From Coprothermobacterota bacterium (GTDB lineage Bacteria; Coprothermobacterota; HKB111), in the NCBI GenBank assembly GCA_037440465.1, contig JBBIUB010000001.1, positions 20,307 to 84,306 on the forward strand: 64,000 bases of DNA. The letters are read 5' to 3'. The translations under genes were made by a program, and so were the position numbers. The notes under the pieces were generated by a model. That model saw nothing but the letters and a program-made list of their open reading frames with translations. It searched no databases and was not told the origin of the DNA. This document shows positions 28,832-39,380 of this stretch, piece after piece. Every line of letters begins with the position of its first letter. The first letter of the stretch is position 1.

Positions 28832-29722
28832 ATGCTGTATAATAGCAATTTGAACCCCTCAACCTTTTCCGGGGTGAGTAAGCTTTTATCTATATTGAAT
28901 ATAACTCCTAATAAAAGGAAAGGTCAAAATTTTCTAATAGATCAGAACCTGGCAAACAAAATCACTTCTACTTTGAACATGGAAACCCATGAAACAATAC
29001 TTGAAGTAGGAGGTGGACTTTTATCTCTTAGTATGCCTCTCATAAGAGAGGGTAAAAAGCTAATAACTGTTGAGGTAGACCCTTCTTTCGTCCCATGGTA
29101 TGTGAAAGTTAAAAAAGTATATACAAACTTTGATTACTTAATAGCTGATATAAGAGATGTACTTGATAATGTTGATAATTATTTTAAAGAGAATCCCCCA
29201 AGTCTTTTGCTTGGAAACCTTCCCTACTATTTAAGTACTCATTTATTATTTATTCTCTTTCCTTTAAGATGGTGGAAAGTAGCTGTTTTTACACTTCAAA
29301 AAGAAGTTGTAGAAAGGTTAATGGCAATACCTGGCTCAAAAAATAGGTCACCGCTGACATTAATGAGAGAAGAATATGCAGGAATTGAACCCATTTCAGA
29401 ATTACCCCCATCTGTATTCTATCCAAAACCCGGAGTTTCTTCCTTAGCTGTAAAATTTACCAAAACAGAACCAATGGTTTCTTCAGAAAAAGAAGAAGCA
29501 GTTTTAAGAAAGATTATTTTCTACAGCTTCACAAAAAAAAGAAAGACAATTCTTAACAGTCTAAGTATGTCCACCTTGAATTTAGGTAAAGAAAAGGTGT
29601 TTTATCTTCTGAAAGAAACGAATATTGACCCCCAATTAAGAGCGGAAGATTTAAGTTTTAATGACTTCCTCAACCTCACTCATACTTTTCTAAGACATGA
29701 CTTTTCCATCACTGACTCTTAA
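28832..29722 (+). CDS. rsmA: 16S rRNA (adenine1518/1519-N6)-dimethyltransferase
   Basis: The KsgA motifs GQNFLIDQNLANKI and LEVGGG are present, with an NLPY region. Confidence 0.9.
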   Translation: MLYNSNLNPSTFSGVSKLLSILNITPNKRKGQNFLIDQNLANKITSTLNMETHETILEVGGGLLSLSMPLIREGKKLITVEVDPSFVPWYVKVKKVYTNFDYLIADIRDVLDNVDNYFKENPPSLLLGNLPYYLSTHLLFILFPLRWWKVAVFTLQKEVVERLMAIPGSKNRSPLTLMREEYAGIEPISELPPSVFYPKPGVSSLAVKFTKTEPMVSSEKEEAVLRKIIFYSFTKKRKTILNSLSMSTLNLGKEKVFYLLKETNIDPQLRAEDLSFNDFLNLTHTFLRHDFSITDS

Positions 29723-30560
29723 ATCTCCTGCTAAGATAAACTTAACTCTTGATATAAAAGGACTCAGGAATGATGGGTTTCACAATATTGACTCCTTAAT
29801 AACATTATTGTCATTACATGACGAAATAATATTTACACCTGGTAAAAGAGGTGTCGAGTTTACCTTTTTATATGATTCTGGACAATGGGATCATTCATTA
29901 TCAACAGTTCACCAAGCACTAATACTTTTTAATGAATATTTCAAAATGACTAAAGATATTAAAATAAAGGTTATCAAAAGAATACCTCCTAAAAGTGGTC
30001 TTGGAGGAGGAAGCAGTAACGGTGCTACTGTTCTTAGGGGATTAAACATTTTACACAATAACCCTTTAAGTATAGATAATCTACATAAATTGGCTATGCA
30101 AATAGGTTCTGATGTTCCTCTCTTTGTTAGAAAAGGTGGTTGGATGAGGATTACTGGTAGAGGAGAAATAATTGAAGAGTTACCCCTTGATCTTTCACTT
30201 TTCCTTGTAATTGTTCTAACCAGAATAAATATATCTACTAAACAAGCATACAGTTTTTGGGATGAAAAAGTGAATGAATATACTTCCTACACTGAAAATT
30301 TTTTATCTTCGTTAACGATAAATGATTTGGGTAACTCCTTCTTCCCAATAGTTGAAAAAAGGTTTCCCGAAATTCAATCTCTAAAAGGAATTCTATTAAA
30401 TGAAGGTGCTCCTGCTATTGGATTGAGCGGAAGTGGTGGAACTCTTTTTGTTCCTTTCAGTAATATTATAGAAGCAAACTCGTTTTATAAAAAAATATAT
30501 CCATTAATGGGGAAAAAAGGAGTTAAGACATTATTTGAAACTGTTCCAAATTACTTATAA
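29697..30560 (+). CDS. ispE: 4-diphosphocytidyl-2-C-methyl-D-erythritol kinase
   Basis: PAKINLTLDIKG and the GHMP kinase motif PPKSGLGGGSSNGA are present. It overlaps rsmA by 26 nt. Confidence 0.9.
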   Translation: MTFPSLTLKSPAKINLTLDIKGLRNDGFHNIDSLITLLSLHDEIIFTPGKRGVEFTFLYDSGQWDHSLSTVHQALILFNEYFKMTKDIKIKVIKRIPPKSGLGGGSSNGATVLRGLNILHNNPLSIDNLHKLAMQIGSDVPLFVRKGGWMRITGRGEIIEELPLDLSLFLVIVLTRINISTKQAYSFWDEKVNEYTSYTENFLSSLTINDLGNSFFPIVEKRFPEIQSLKGILLNEGAPAIGLSGSGGTLFVPFSNIIEANSFYKKIYPLMGKKGVKTLFETVPNYL

Positions 30561-31428
30561 AAAAACTGGTTACCTGATGATCTTCTTAGCAGCATCAATA
30601 TGGGGTTCCCTGGGAGTCCTGGGTAAGATAGCTTATCAGGAGGGATTTGCTCCTTTAGAACTCATGATTTACAGAAGTATCCTGGCTTCACTAGTATTAG
30701 CCATTATTCTCTTGATTTACAAACCAGGGCTTTACATAATTGACATCAGAGATATACCCTTCTTTTTGGTCTATGGTACCCTGAGCGTGGGAATTTTTTA
30801 TCTCCTCTACTTCTCTTCCCTTCTCTACCTGAAGGTAGGAGTGGCCAGTGCTCTTCTTTACACGGCTCCATTTTTCGTGGTAATCATGTCAAGAATTATC
30901 TTTAAAGAACCAATTAGCTTTTTAAAAATATTTGCTCTAATAAGCACAATAACCGGGGTAATTCTACTGGGGAAAGTATTTCCTCTGGATAATCTAAACA
31001 TTCTTATGTTTAAAGGTTTAATGTATGGACTTGGCTCAGGATTTACCTATGCCCTGTACACCATTTTTGGCAAAAAGGCTCTGACTAAATATTCTCCTGC
31101 TACTCTTATATTTTACACCCTCATATCTGGGTCATTAACTTTAGTACTTTTTCTGATTCTTAAGAGAGAACCACTGAATTTCCTCCTTACTCCAAAAGCC
31201 ATCCTATCAGTAGTTCTGTTGAGCCTGATAACCACTCTTTTAGCCTATTATCTTTATGTAGAAGGTTTAAAGAGAGTGGAAGCAGGTAGGGCCTCTATCC
31301 TGTCCACAATAGAACCTGTGGTGGCCTGGGGATTGGGATTTATCTTTTTAGGAGAACAACTAACATTATTAGAAGGCTTTGGCCTTTTTATGATTTTAAT
31401 AGGGGCCAGCATAGTCGTATCAAACTAA
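30535..31428 (+). CDS. EamA/DMT-family transporter
   Basis: It has 10 predicted TM helices and two EamA repeats. The true start may be the internal ATG at 30577 (MIFLAASIWGS...), which would remove the overlap with ispE. Confidence 0.8.
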   Translation: MKLFQITYKKTGYLMIFLAASIWGSLGVLGKIAYQEGFAPLELMIYRSILASLVLAIILLIYKPGLYIIDIRDIPFFLVYGTLSVGIFYLLYFSSLLYLKVGVASALLYTAPFFVVIMSRIIFKEPISFLKIFALISTITGVILLGKVFPLDNLNILMFKGLMYGLGSGFTYALYTIFGKKALTKYSPATLIFYTLISGSLTLVLFLILKREPLNFLLTPKAILSVVLLSLITTLLAYYLYVEGLKRVEAGRASILSTIEPVVAWGLGFIFLGEQLTLLEGFGLFMILIGASIVVSN

Positions 31429-31470
31429 ATAAAAGGTATAATTTATAAAAATTTACTAACTCTGGAAAAT

Positions 31471-32910
31471 ATGATAAACAATAAAAAATTAGAATATTTG
31501 AAAATTAAATTAGCAAAGGCTATTAAGAAAGAAAGTGTCTCTCTTAATAAATTATATACTGCAAGATTAAAAAAAGACGGTGGAAATTCCTACCAGAAAA
31601 TTCCTGAAGAAGAGCTGTCAAAAGACACATCCAGGGTTATTGAAGCTCACATCGCAATCCTTGAGAGAAATGACTGGAGTATTATTGAAGAATTTTCTGA
31701 TTATATCACTGTTAAATTTGAAGAAGGATTTTCTTCCAAAGAAATATACCAGATATTCACAACAAGTGGAGTTGTTCTTAAAACCTTTATTAAAGACGGA
31801 TTCTACCCTGAAGAAGCCTGTGAACTAATATCTATATTATGGGAGCAGGTAGAAAAAATCTACGAATTTGCTGACAAAAAATTAGATGAACTTGCTTCAG
31901 AAAGATATCAGGAAAAAATGCTGCATTTAACAACTATTTATAAAACAAGCATTGCTTGTAGTTCCACCATTAGACTTGAAGAAATAGCTGCAACTGCTTT
32001 TAATAAGCTCAAGGAATTTTTACCGATGGAAAGTTTTTACCTGGCAATTTTCAAGGAAGATACTAATACTCTAAACTTTGACTATATTGTGGACCAGGGG
32101 AATGTACTACCAAGTTTTTCCAGAAAATTAGAAGAGGGAGTAGAAACAATCTCTACCTGGGTTTTAAAGAATAAAACGCCTTTACTAATAAGGGATTTGG
32201 AAAAAGAGACTTTACCAACAGGAATAGTTTTAGTGGGTACTCCACCAAACCCCCGTTCTATTCTCATTGTACCTCTTATACTTAAAAATAAACCTTTAGG
32301 AATTATTTCTCTTCAAGCATTCTCTCCCAATGCTTACGATGAGAAAATATTAGAACTTATAAAAATGATTGCTAATAATTTAGCTTTAGCTATTGATAAT
32401 GCTTTTTTATATGAAAATACTTATGAATCTTCTATTACTGATTATCTTACTGGATTATACAATAGACTTCATTTCACAAATATTTTAAACCTGGAAATAA
32501 ACCGCTCTAACAGGTATAAAACTAAATTTACCTTACTTATGGGTGATGTAGATGATTTTAAAATTTACAATGATAACCTTGGCTATTTAAAGGGAGATGA
32601 GATTCTAAAAGAAATTTCAAATGTCTTAAAAGAAAATGTTAGGTCATCCGATATCGTATTTCGCTTTGGTGGCGATGAATTCGTGATTCTTCTACCCTCT
32701 AATGAGAGAGAATCAGCTAGGCCATTAATCAAAAGAATAAAGGAGGGGCTTTCAAGAATGAGTCCACTAGTATCTATGACCTGGAGTGTACTCTGTTATC
32801 CTGAAGACGCTCCGGATAAGGATGTCTTGATCTCTATGGCTGACACCATTCTCAAAGAAGGGAAAAGGATGCGAAATCACAACTTATTGGAACCGCCTCC
32901 TTTAAAATAA
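31471..32910 (+). CDS. Diguanylate cyclase (GGDEF) with a GAF-like sensor and an uncharacterised N-terminal domain
   Basis: The C-terminal GGDEF domain has an intact active site (RFGGDEFVILLP). The central region is GAF-like (IRDLEKETLPTG...ISLQAF), and the first roughly 160 aa match no family. Confidence 0.85.
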   Translation: MINNKKLEYLKIKLAKAIKKESVSLNKLYTARLKKDGGNSYQKIPEEELSKDTSRVIEAHIAILERNDWSIIEEFSDYITVKFEEGFSSKEIYQIFTTSGVVLKTFIKDGFYPEEACELISILWEQVEKIYEFADKKLDELASERYQEKMLHLTTIYKTSIACSSTIRLEEIAATAFNKLKEFLPMESFYLAIFKEDTNTLNFDYIVDQGNVLPSFSRKLEEGVETISTWVLKNKTPLLIRDLEKETLPTGIVLVGTPPNPRSILIVPLILKNKPLGIISLQAFSPNAYDEKILELIKMIANNLALAIDNAFLYENTYESSITDYLTGLYNRLHFTNILNLEINRSNRYKTKFTLLMGDVDDFKIYNDNLGYLKGDEILKEISNVLKENVRSSDIVFRFGGDEFVILLPSNERESARPLIKRIKEGLSRMSPLVSMTWSVLCYPEDAPDKDVLISMADTILKEGKRMRNHNLLEPPPLK

Positions 32911-32923
32911 ATAAAATTAGCTT

Positions 32924-33139
32924 TTACTTATTTTCTTTTATATAATAACTATTACCTTCAATAAGAGCTCCAAAAAGCCCTACTTCATTTCCCCAATTAT
33001 CTAACACTTTAACCTTACCTTTTAGAGCTTGTTTATAAACCTCTTCACTATATGCAAGGAGGGCATGTCTAACCTCCATCTTAGTAAAAAGATGAATCTC
33101 CACGCCCTCCACATAAACTAAAATTGTTTCTTTTTCCAA
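32924..33139 (-). CDS. Small hypothetical protein (71 aa)
   Basis: Its start abuts the stop of the upstream nucleotidase gene, and its codon usage is consistent with neighbouring genes. No homology is recognised. Confidence 0.3.
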   Translation of the reverse strand: MEKETILVYVEGVEIHLFTKMEVRHALLAYSEEVYKQALKGKVKVLDNWGNEVGLFGALIEGNSYYIKENK

Positions 33140-35167
33140 CTATGGTTTAACTTTAATCCTTCCTTCTATGGTTGGGTTCAAGGTTTTTACTCTCTCAACA
33201 TATCTGATAAAGGCATCTCTCAGGTAATCACCAGTATGTATTAGAAGCTTTCCTTTTGCAAAGACAGTATAACCATCCCCACCAACAGCCAAGAAGTCAT
33301 TTGTAGCCACTTTGTAGGTCCTGGTTGAAACTATAGGCTTGTCACCAACAAAAATCTCTTCTACTCTGCTGTTTACAGGCTTCTTAGGGTCAAAGACAAA
33401 GGATATACCAGAAACCTGGAGAAAACCTCCTAATTCTGCAGGATATCTTGAAACAGATAATTCTAAAGCTTCTCTAATCTGAGCTCCTGTAAGTTCAATC
33501 ACAACAAGATAATTATCAAAGGGTAAAACAGTGAAAACATGGTCCACCTTGATAAGTCCAGCTGGGATAGAAGCCCTAATTCCACCGCCATTTTGTAAAG
33601 CTATTTCAGCTCCTGACTCTATCCTCATAACATCAGCTACTAAATTACCCAGATTGGTTTCTCTTGTTCTTACGAAAGCCCGTGTCCCATCTAAGAGAAC
33701 ATTAGCTGCTCCTATAACTCGATCCATCTGAGTTTTTACCGCATCACTATAAGGCTTGATTAGAGAAGTTACTTGTGGATCTACTAATACATCATTAGAA
33801 GTTGGAATAAGAGCACCTTTAACAAAAAGGTTCTCTTTTACTTTTGGAGTAGGGCTGTCTTTTTCGTAAATAATTTCTCCTTTTCTTACAGCAACTGAAA
33901 CACGACCAAGATTTCTGGTATGCTCGCCTGCCTGCACAATGAAAGTATTTCCAATTTTCTTAGGTTCTTCAACAACTGTATGTGAATGCCCCCCTATTAT
34001 TAAATGAATTCCCTCCACAGATTCAGCTAACTTAACATCCTCAGAAAAACCTATATGTGTAAGAGCAACTATAATCTGAGCTTTTTGCTCTCTCAAGACC
34101 TTCACCATTTTTTTAGCTGTTTCTACTGGATCAAGAATTTTCAAGCCTTTAACATTATCAGGGTGAGTAACATAAGGAAGCTCCGTAGCTATCAAACCAA
34201 AGAACCCTACTTTTTGTCCCATCACATCTACAATACGGTAAGGAACAGCAAAGTACTCTTCCCTATTTTCATAAACCACATTACTGAGGATGTATGGGAA
34301 TGTTGTCTCTAAAAACCTATCTTTTAAGGTACTTTGACCATAATTGAAATCATGATTGCCCAGAGTTGCTACATTAACCCCAATAAGATTCATAGCTTCT
34401 ATGGCAGGTTTTCCCTTAAACAGATTTACCAGATTAGTACCATGAATAGTATCTCCAAGGTCTGCAACTAAAGTCAAGGTAGGGTTTTTTGCTTTCTCAG
34501 TAGATATAAGTGTAGCAATCCTCCCAAAACCACCAATAGCAGGAAGTCCTGTGCCAGGAACAAACGGCTCAAGCCTACCATGGCTATCGTTTAAGTGTAG
34601 GAAGGTTATCGGTCCCCTTATTTTGTAAAGAAGTGCCCATATTTCAGCTTGGGTAAGCACAGAACGAGGTTTCAGTGATTTATCTGGATAACCTGTGATT
34701 ATCTTCTCTTTAACAGCTACAGCTATAGATTTAATGAATAAAGGATTTATCTGGTCATAATCTTTATAAGGAGAAAGAATGGTATCTGCTTCTTTTAGTG
34801 ACATTATTTTTGCCAATAGACGACGATTAGCTATTCTGATAATAATTGTTATAGCTTCTTCACGAGTGATGAAGTCTTCCGGTCTGAACGGTTCTCGGAG
34901 AATGAGATCAAGTTTTCTTCCCTGAGCTTCAAGCAACCATGTCTCTTCCTTCACTTCCACAGGATAAAGCTTTAAAGAAATCTTAAGAAACTCCTGATGT
35001 GTTACCCAATCGTAAGGTTTTAAAGGTTCTACAAAGTCCCCTGTTTCTGTAAAGAATTCTACAGCCTCTTTAATCCAAGCAGGTGTTATTTTTTCCTGGG
35101 AAAATAGAACTTGAGGAGAGAGAAAAATAGCCAATACAAGAGTTATTACCAGCAACTTTTTAAACAT
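33140..35167 (-). CDS. SLH-domain-anchored bifunctional metallophosphatase / 5'-nucleotidase
   Basis: A signal peptide is followed by SLH-like repeats in the first roughly 150 aa (...FRPEDFITREEAITIIIRIANRRLL). Then come a calcineurin-like phosphoesterase domain (HLNDSHGRLEP, GNHDFNYG, GGHSH) and a 5'-nucleotidase C-terminal domain. Confidence 0.8.
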   Translation of the reverse strand: MFKKLLVITLVLAIFLSPQVLFSQEKITPAWIKEAVEFFTETGDFVEPLKPYDWVTHQEFLKISLKLYPVEVKEETWLLEAQGRKLDLILREPFRPEDFITREEAITIIIRIANRRLLAKIMSLKEADTILSPYKDYDQINPLFIKSIAVAVKEKIITGYPDKSLKPRSVLTQAEIWALLYKIRGPITFLHLNDSHGRLEPFVPGTGLPAIGGFGRIATLISTEKAKNPTLTLVADLGDTIHGTNLVNLFKGKPAIEAMNLIGVNVATLGNHDFNYGQSTLKDRFLETTFPYILSNVVYENREEYFAVPYRIVDVMGQKVGFFGLIATELPYVTHPDNVKGLKILDPVETAKKMVKVLREQKAQIIVALTHIGFSEDVKLAESVEGIHLIIGGHSHTVVEEPKKIGNTFIVQAGEHTRNLGRVSVAVRKGEIIYEKDSPTPKVKENLFVKGALIPTSNDVLVDPQVTSLIKPYSDAVKTQMDRVIGAANVLLDGTRAFVRTRETNLGNLVADVMRIESGAEIALQNGGGIRASIPAGLIKVDHVFTVLPFDNYLVVIELTGAQIREALELSVSRYPAELGGFLQVSGISFVFDPKKPVNSRVEEIFVGDKPIVSTRTYKVATNDFLAVGGDGYTVFAKGKLLIHTGDYLRDAFIRYVERVKTLNPTIEGRIKVKP

Positions 35168-35293
35168 AAAAACCTCCTATTATATATATTCATAAATATT
35201 TTATCACGCTGGTAATTAAATATATTGTTAAGATTATTTAGATACACTTTTAAACAGATAGAGTTGATCTTTGGAAGGGTGCAATAAATTCTG

Positions 35294-35302
35294 TGGTATA
35301 AT
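35294..35302 (+). promoter_or_regulatory. Putative extended -10 promoter element (TGgTATAAT) for ahcY
   Basis: TGGTATAAT lies 26 nt upstream of the ahcY ATG, with a GAGGTAA RBS between them. No well-spaced -35 element is evident. Confidence 0.25.
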
Positions 35303-35327
35303 CAGAGAAAAATGAGGTAATAACAAG

Positions 35328-36554
35328 ATGGAACTCCAAAAAGAGGACAACGGTAAACTGAAAATTGAGTGGGTAAAAACCCGTATGCCAGTTTTAAAGA
35401 AGATCGAAGAAGGATTTCAGAAAGAAAAGCCTTTCTCGGGTATAAGAATTGGAATGACAATTCACCTGGAAGCAAAAACGGCCTATTTAGCTTTAGTTTT
35501 TAAATCTGGTGGGGCAGAAGTTGCTTTATCGGGAAGTAATCCCCTTTCTACTCAAGACGATGTAGCCGAAGCACTTAAGAAAAATAGTGTTCATATATAT
35601 GGACATTGGGGAGTTACCAATCAGGAATTCAAAGAAAACCTGAATCAGGTTCTAAACTATAAGCCTCAAATAATCATAGATGATGGTGGTGACCTAACTT
35701 TGTTATTACATAAAGAGCGTCGGGAACTACTACCTGGGGTGTTCGGATGTTGCGAAGAAACCACAACTGGTATCACCCGGATAAAAGCTTTAGAAAGAGA
35801 GGGAAAACTTTCATTCCCTGTTATTGGAGTTAATGATGCGCTATGCAAACATCTTTTTGATAATCGCTATGGAACTGGTCAATCTACCTGGGATGGGATA
35901 CTCAGGACGACTAACATAAATATAGCTGGGAAAATTGTTGTTATTGCAGGTTATGGCTGGGTAGGAAAAGGGGTAGCCTTAAGAGGAAAAGGTTTGGGAG
36001 CAAAGATAATAATCACTGAAGTAAATCCTGTAAAAGCCCTTGAAGCTCAAATGGAAGGATATGAAGTAATGACCATGAAAGAAGCTGCCAGAGTTGGAGA
36101 CATCTTCATAACTGCTACTGGAAATATCCGGGTAATAGACAGGAATCATATAGGTATTATGAAAGATGGTGCTATTTTATGTAATACCGGTCACTTTGAT
36201 GTTGAAATTGATATACCTGCTCTTAGAGAACTCAGTAAGGAGATAAAACCTGTAAGAAAAAATATCAACCAATATACCCTTAAAGATGGTCGAAGAATTT
36301 ACCTTCTTGGTGAGGGAAGATTGGTAAACTTAGCCTGTGCTGATGGACATCCTATTGAGATTATGGATCTTTCCTTTGGGCTACAGGCTTTATCTGCTCT
36401 TTATCTCCTAAAGTTTTACAGAACTCTTGAACCAAAGTTATACGGAGTACCTGAAGACATTGATAGAGAAATAGCAAATTTGTGCTTAAAAGCCCAAAAA
36501 ATAGAAATAGATAGCCTAACTACTGAGCAAAAAACTTACATAAATAAAATTTAG
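35328..36554 (+). CDS. ahcY: Adenosylhomocysteinase
   Basis: A 408-aa short-form SAH hydrolase with an NAD-binding motif (GYGWVGKG) and the catalytic region HFDVEID. Confidence 0.95.
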   Translation: MELQKEDNGKLKIEWVKTRMPVLKKIEEGFQKEKPFSGIRIGMTIHLEAKTAYLALVFKSGGAEVALSGSNPLSTQDDVAEALKKNSVHIYGHWGVTNQEFKENLNQVLNYKPQIIIDDGGDLTLLLHKERRELLPGVFGCCEETTTGITRIKALEREGKLSFPVIGVNDALCKHLFDNRYGTGQSTWDGILRTTNINIAGKIVVIAGYGWVGKGVALRGKGLGAKIIITEVNPVKALEAQMEGYEVMTMKEAARVGDIFITATGNIRVIDRNHIGIMKDGAILCNTGHFDVEIDIPALRELSKEIKPVRKNINQYTLKDGRRIYLLGEGRLVNLACADGHPIEIMDLSFGLQALSALYLLKFYRTLEPKLYGVPEDIDREIANLCLKAQKIEIDSLTTEQKTYINKI

Positions 36555-36650
36555 CTCTTAGGCAGTAAGGTGATAATTTCTCAATACAGATCAACTAATA
36601 TAAAACCATTTCTTGGAAAAACTAATTTTATATACTAATAGAGGTGATAA

Positions 36651-37241
36651 ATGATGATAGAAACCCTTAAACTTGGTCCTTATCAAACTAATTGCTATAT
36701 ATTATATGAGGAAGGTCAGGCCATAGTAATAGACCCGGGTGCGAGTGATGAAGTCCTGGATTTTCTTAACAGGAATAAGTTAAAACTTCTTTATATATTA
36801 AACACCCATAGTCATGGAGATCATACAGGGGGAAATTACGCTCTAAAAAACAATATTGGAGCTCAAATATTGATTCACGAGAAAGATAACTTGGTAGAAG
36901 CAGATGGTTTCCTAAAGGACAAAGATGTTATTAATATTCCTCTTAATAATGATGAAATGACATTTAAGGTCATTCACACTCCAGGACATACTCCGGGGAG
37001 CATAGCTTTTTTAAGTAAATTCGGATTATTTTCTGGAGATACCATATTTAAAAGAGCTATAGGAAGGTTTGACCTTCCTTTCGCTTCTGCGAAAGAACTT
37101 AAAACTTCTCTTGAAAAAATCCTGTCAATTGTACCGCTTGACACAATAATATACCCTGGTCATGGACCTTCTACAATATTAAGAGATGAGGAGGTTTTTC
37201 TCAGGAGAATCATTAAGGAGCTATCTTCATATGAAACTTAA
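36651..37241 (+). CDS. MBL-fold metallo-hydrolase (glyoxalase II-like)
   Basis: The HxHxDH motif LNTHSHGDHTGGN is present, with downstream His/Asp ligands (HTPGHTPGS, GDT). Confidence 0.8.
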   Translation: MMIETLKLGPYQTNCYILYEEGQAIVIDPGASDEVLDFLNRNKLKLLYILNTHSHGDHTGGNYALKNNIGAQILIHEKDNLVEADGFLKDKDVINIPLNNDEMTFKVIHTPGHTPGSIAFLSKFGLFSGDTIFKRAIGRFDLPFASAKELKTSLEKILSIVPLDTIIYPGHGPSTILRDEEVFLRRIIKELSSYET

Positions 37242-38529
37242 CCCTAATCTAAGGGAAGATGCTTCCTTTATAATTAGCTCTATTCTTAAATCAATAAATC
37301 CTGAAAAGCTCATTAGAGAAAGGTTGACTTTAGAACTTCTTCAGGAAATAAACGGTTACAAAAGAGTTCTGGTCTTTGGTGCTGGAAAAGCCAGTTCACT
37401 AATGGCTATAGCTTTAGAAAAAATGTTAGGTGAAAAAGTTGCAGGTGGAATCCTGGTAGTTCCTGATGGTTATAAGTTACCCACTGGAGTAATTTCCATA
37501 AAGGAAGCATCTCATCCAATTCCTGACAAAAGAGGTTTACAAGCAGCCCAGGAGATAAGAAAGGCTGTTATAGATTCCCAGGAAGATGACCTTCTCATTT
37601 TTTTATTTTCAGGTGGTGGATCAGCCCTTCTACCTCTACCCTTCCCTCCTCTTACTTTGAGAGATTTACAGGAAACAACTAAGGAACTTCTTAAAGCTGG
37701 AGCCAATATAAAGGAGATAAATACTGTAAGAAAGCACATCTCACTTCTTCAAGGTGGTAGACTTGCCCAGATGGTCCGTGGACATTCCCTAACCTTTCTG
37801 TTATCTGATGTAGTAGGAGACGACCCAGGCACCATAGCCTCAGGACCCACCATACCGGATCTCAGCACCTTCCAGCAGGCAGAAGAGGTTTTAAAAAAGT
37901 ACAATATCTTTGAAAAATTATCCAGCACTTTAAAGAACTTCTTAGAAGATGGCAAGAAAGGAACAATCCCAGAAACTCCTAAAGAGCTTCCTTCTACCCA
38001 TAAACACATCCTCATAGGGTCAAACATTATCCCTCTCCAGGAAGCCTCAAAAACTGCTTCTTCTCTTGGCTATAAAACTTTAATCCTATCAGGTTTACTT
38101 GAGGGAGAAGCAAGTCTCGTGGGAAAAATCCTGGTTATTATAGGTAAAGAGATAAAGAGGTCAGGCAACCCTTTAGAACCCCCTGCCTGTCTTCTTATAG
38201 CTGGAGAGACAACAGTTAACGTGAAGGGTAAAGGAAAGGGAGGACGGAACCAGGAGGTAGTTTTAGGCGCTGGGGCTGAACTTGCATCTGACTCGGGGAT
38301 TCTGATAGCCAGTTTTTCTACTGATGGGAAGGATGGTCCCACAAATTCTGCCGGTGCTATGGTGGATTCCGGTATAATGGAAAATGCTGCAAAGATAAAG
38401 CTGGATACCAGGAAACACCTTGAGGAAAATAACTCCTTTAACTTCTTCCTTAGAGCTGGCGGACTCCTTATAACGGGTCCAACATACACTAATGTAGGTG
38501 ACATCATGGTGATACTAGTAGGAGATTAA
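37231..38529 (+). CDS. Glycerate kinase (MOFRL family, glycerate 2-kinase)
   Basis: It has a DUF4147 N-terminal region (VLVFGAGKASSLMA) and a MOFRL C-terminal region (LIAGGETTVNVKGKGKGGRNQE). I took the start at ATG 37231, which overlaps the stop of the upstream gene. The ORF track's start at 37186 lies inside that gene. Confidence 0.8.
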   Translation: MKLNPNLREDASFIISSILKSINPEKLIRERLTLELLQEINGYKRVLVFGAGKASSLMAIALEKMLGEKVAGGILVVPDGYKLPTGVISIKEASHPIPDKRGLQAAQEIRKAVIDSQEDDLLIFLFSGGGSALLPLPFPPLTLRDLQETTKELLKAGANIKEINTVRKHISLLQGGRLAQMVRGHSLTFLLSDVVGDDPGTIASGPTIPDLSTFQQAEEVLKKYNIFEKLSSTLKNFLEDGKKGTIPETPKELPSTHKHILIGSNIIPLQEASKTASSLGYKTLILSGLLEGEASLVGKILVIIGKEIKRSGNPLEPPACLLIAGETTVNVKGKGKGGRNQEVVLGAGAELASDSGILIASFSTDGKDGPTNSAGAMVDSGIMENAAKIKLDTRKHLEENNSFNFFLRAGGLLITGPTYTNVGDIMVILVGD

Positions 38530-38531
38530 AA

Positions 38532-39362
38532 ATGGAAGTATTAGCTGTAGGCGGCGCTCTGTGGGATATACTTGTAGAACTTAAAATTCCTTTCAAAGGA
38601 GACGACTGCTACCCCTCAATTATGAGAACCATACCTGGAGGAACAACGCGAAACTTTTCAGAGGCTATGGCTCGCCTGGGAGTTGAAATAACTCTTATCT
38701 CCTCACTCGCCTTAGACGGACTGGAACAGACTGTTCCCCTACCAGGCAAAACAGTCTTTGTTGATAGAAATAGGTCAGCTCGCTTTATAGCTGTTCTAAA
38801 CCATAAAAAAAAGAGACTATTTTCATTTAACGACACCACTCCGCTGGATGAACTCACAATAGAAGAGATTATTCCACTCTTACCTTTAAAAGCCCCACCT
38901 TTTGTTTTTCTGGACACGAACATACCACTTGAAGTTATGAGTTTTCTCCTGTCATGGTGTAAAGAATTCAGGTCAACAACGATGGTAGATCCAATTGCTC
39001 CCTCAAAAGTAAATAAAATTACAACTATGCTTCCCCTTATAGACATCCTATCGCTATCTGAAAGAGAATATGAAGTACTTGATTCTAAGCCAGACTCCTG
39101 GGAAAGTATATTATTAGTTAAAAAAGGTGCTGATGGAATTGATTTAATAACCCCTAAAGATAAACTGAACTTTCCATCTCTTCATAGAGGACCAGTAATA
39201 AGCGATAACGGAGCAGGTGATTCCTTTAATGCCGGTTATCTTTTTGGTCACCTGAGAGGATATACCCTGGAGGAAAGAATTCTTCTGGGATTGAAGGCTG
39301 CTTCTCTTACCTTATCATCCCATTTGAATGTAAATCCACTAATTCAAAATATACTTAAATGA
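38532..39362 (+). CDS. PfkB-family carbohydrate/nucleoside kinase
   Basis: The C-terminal ribokinase-family anion hole/ATP motif DNGAGDSFNAGYLFG is present. It is 276 aa. Confidence 0.7.
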   Translation: MEVLAVGGALWDILVELKIPFKGDDCYPSIMRTIPGGTTRNFSEAMARLGVEITLISSLALDGLEQTVPLPGKTVFVDRNRSARFIAVLNHKKKRLFSFNDTTPLDELTIEEIIPLLPLKAPPFVFLDTNIPLEVMSFLLSWCKEFRSTTMVDPIAPSKVNKITTMLPLIDILSLSEREYEVLDSKPDSWESILLVKKGADGIDLITPKDKLNFPSLHRGPVISDNGAGDSFNAGYLFGHLRGYTLEERILLGLKAASLTLSSHLNVNPLIQNILK

Positions 39363-39380
39363 AATGAGGTATAGTAAGCC

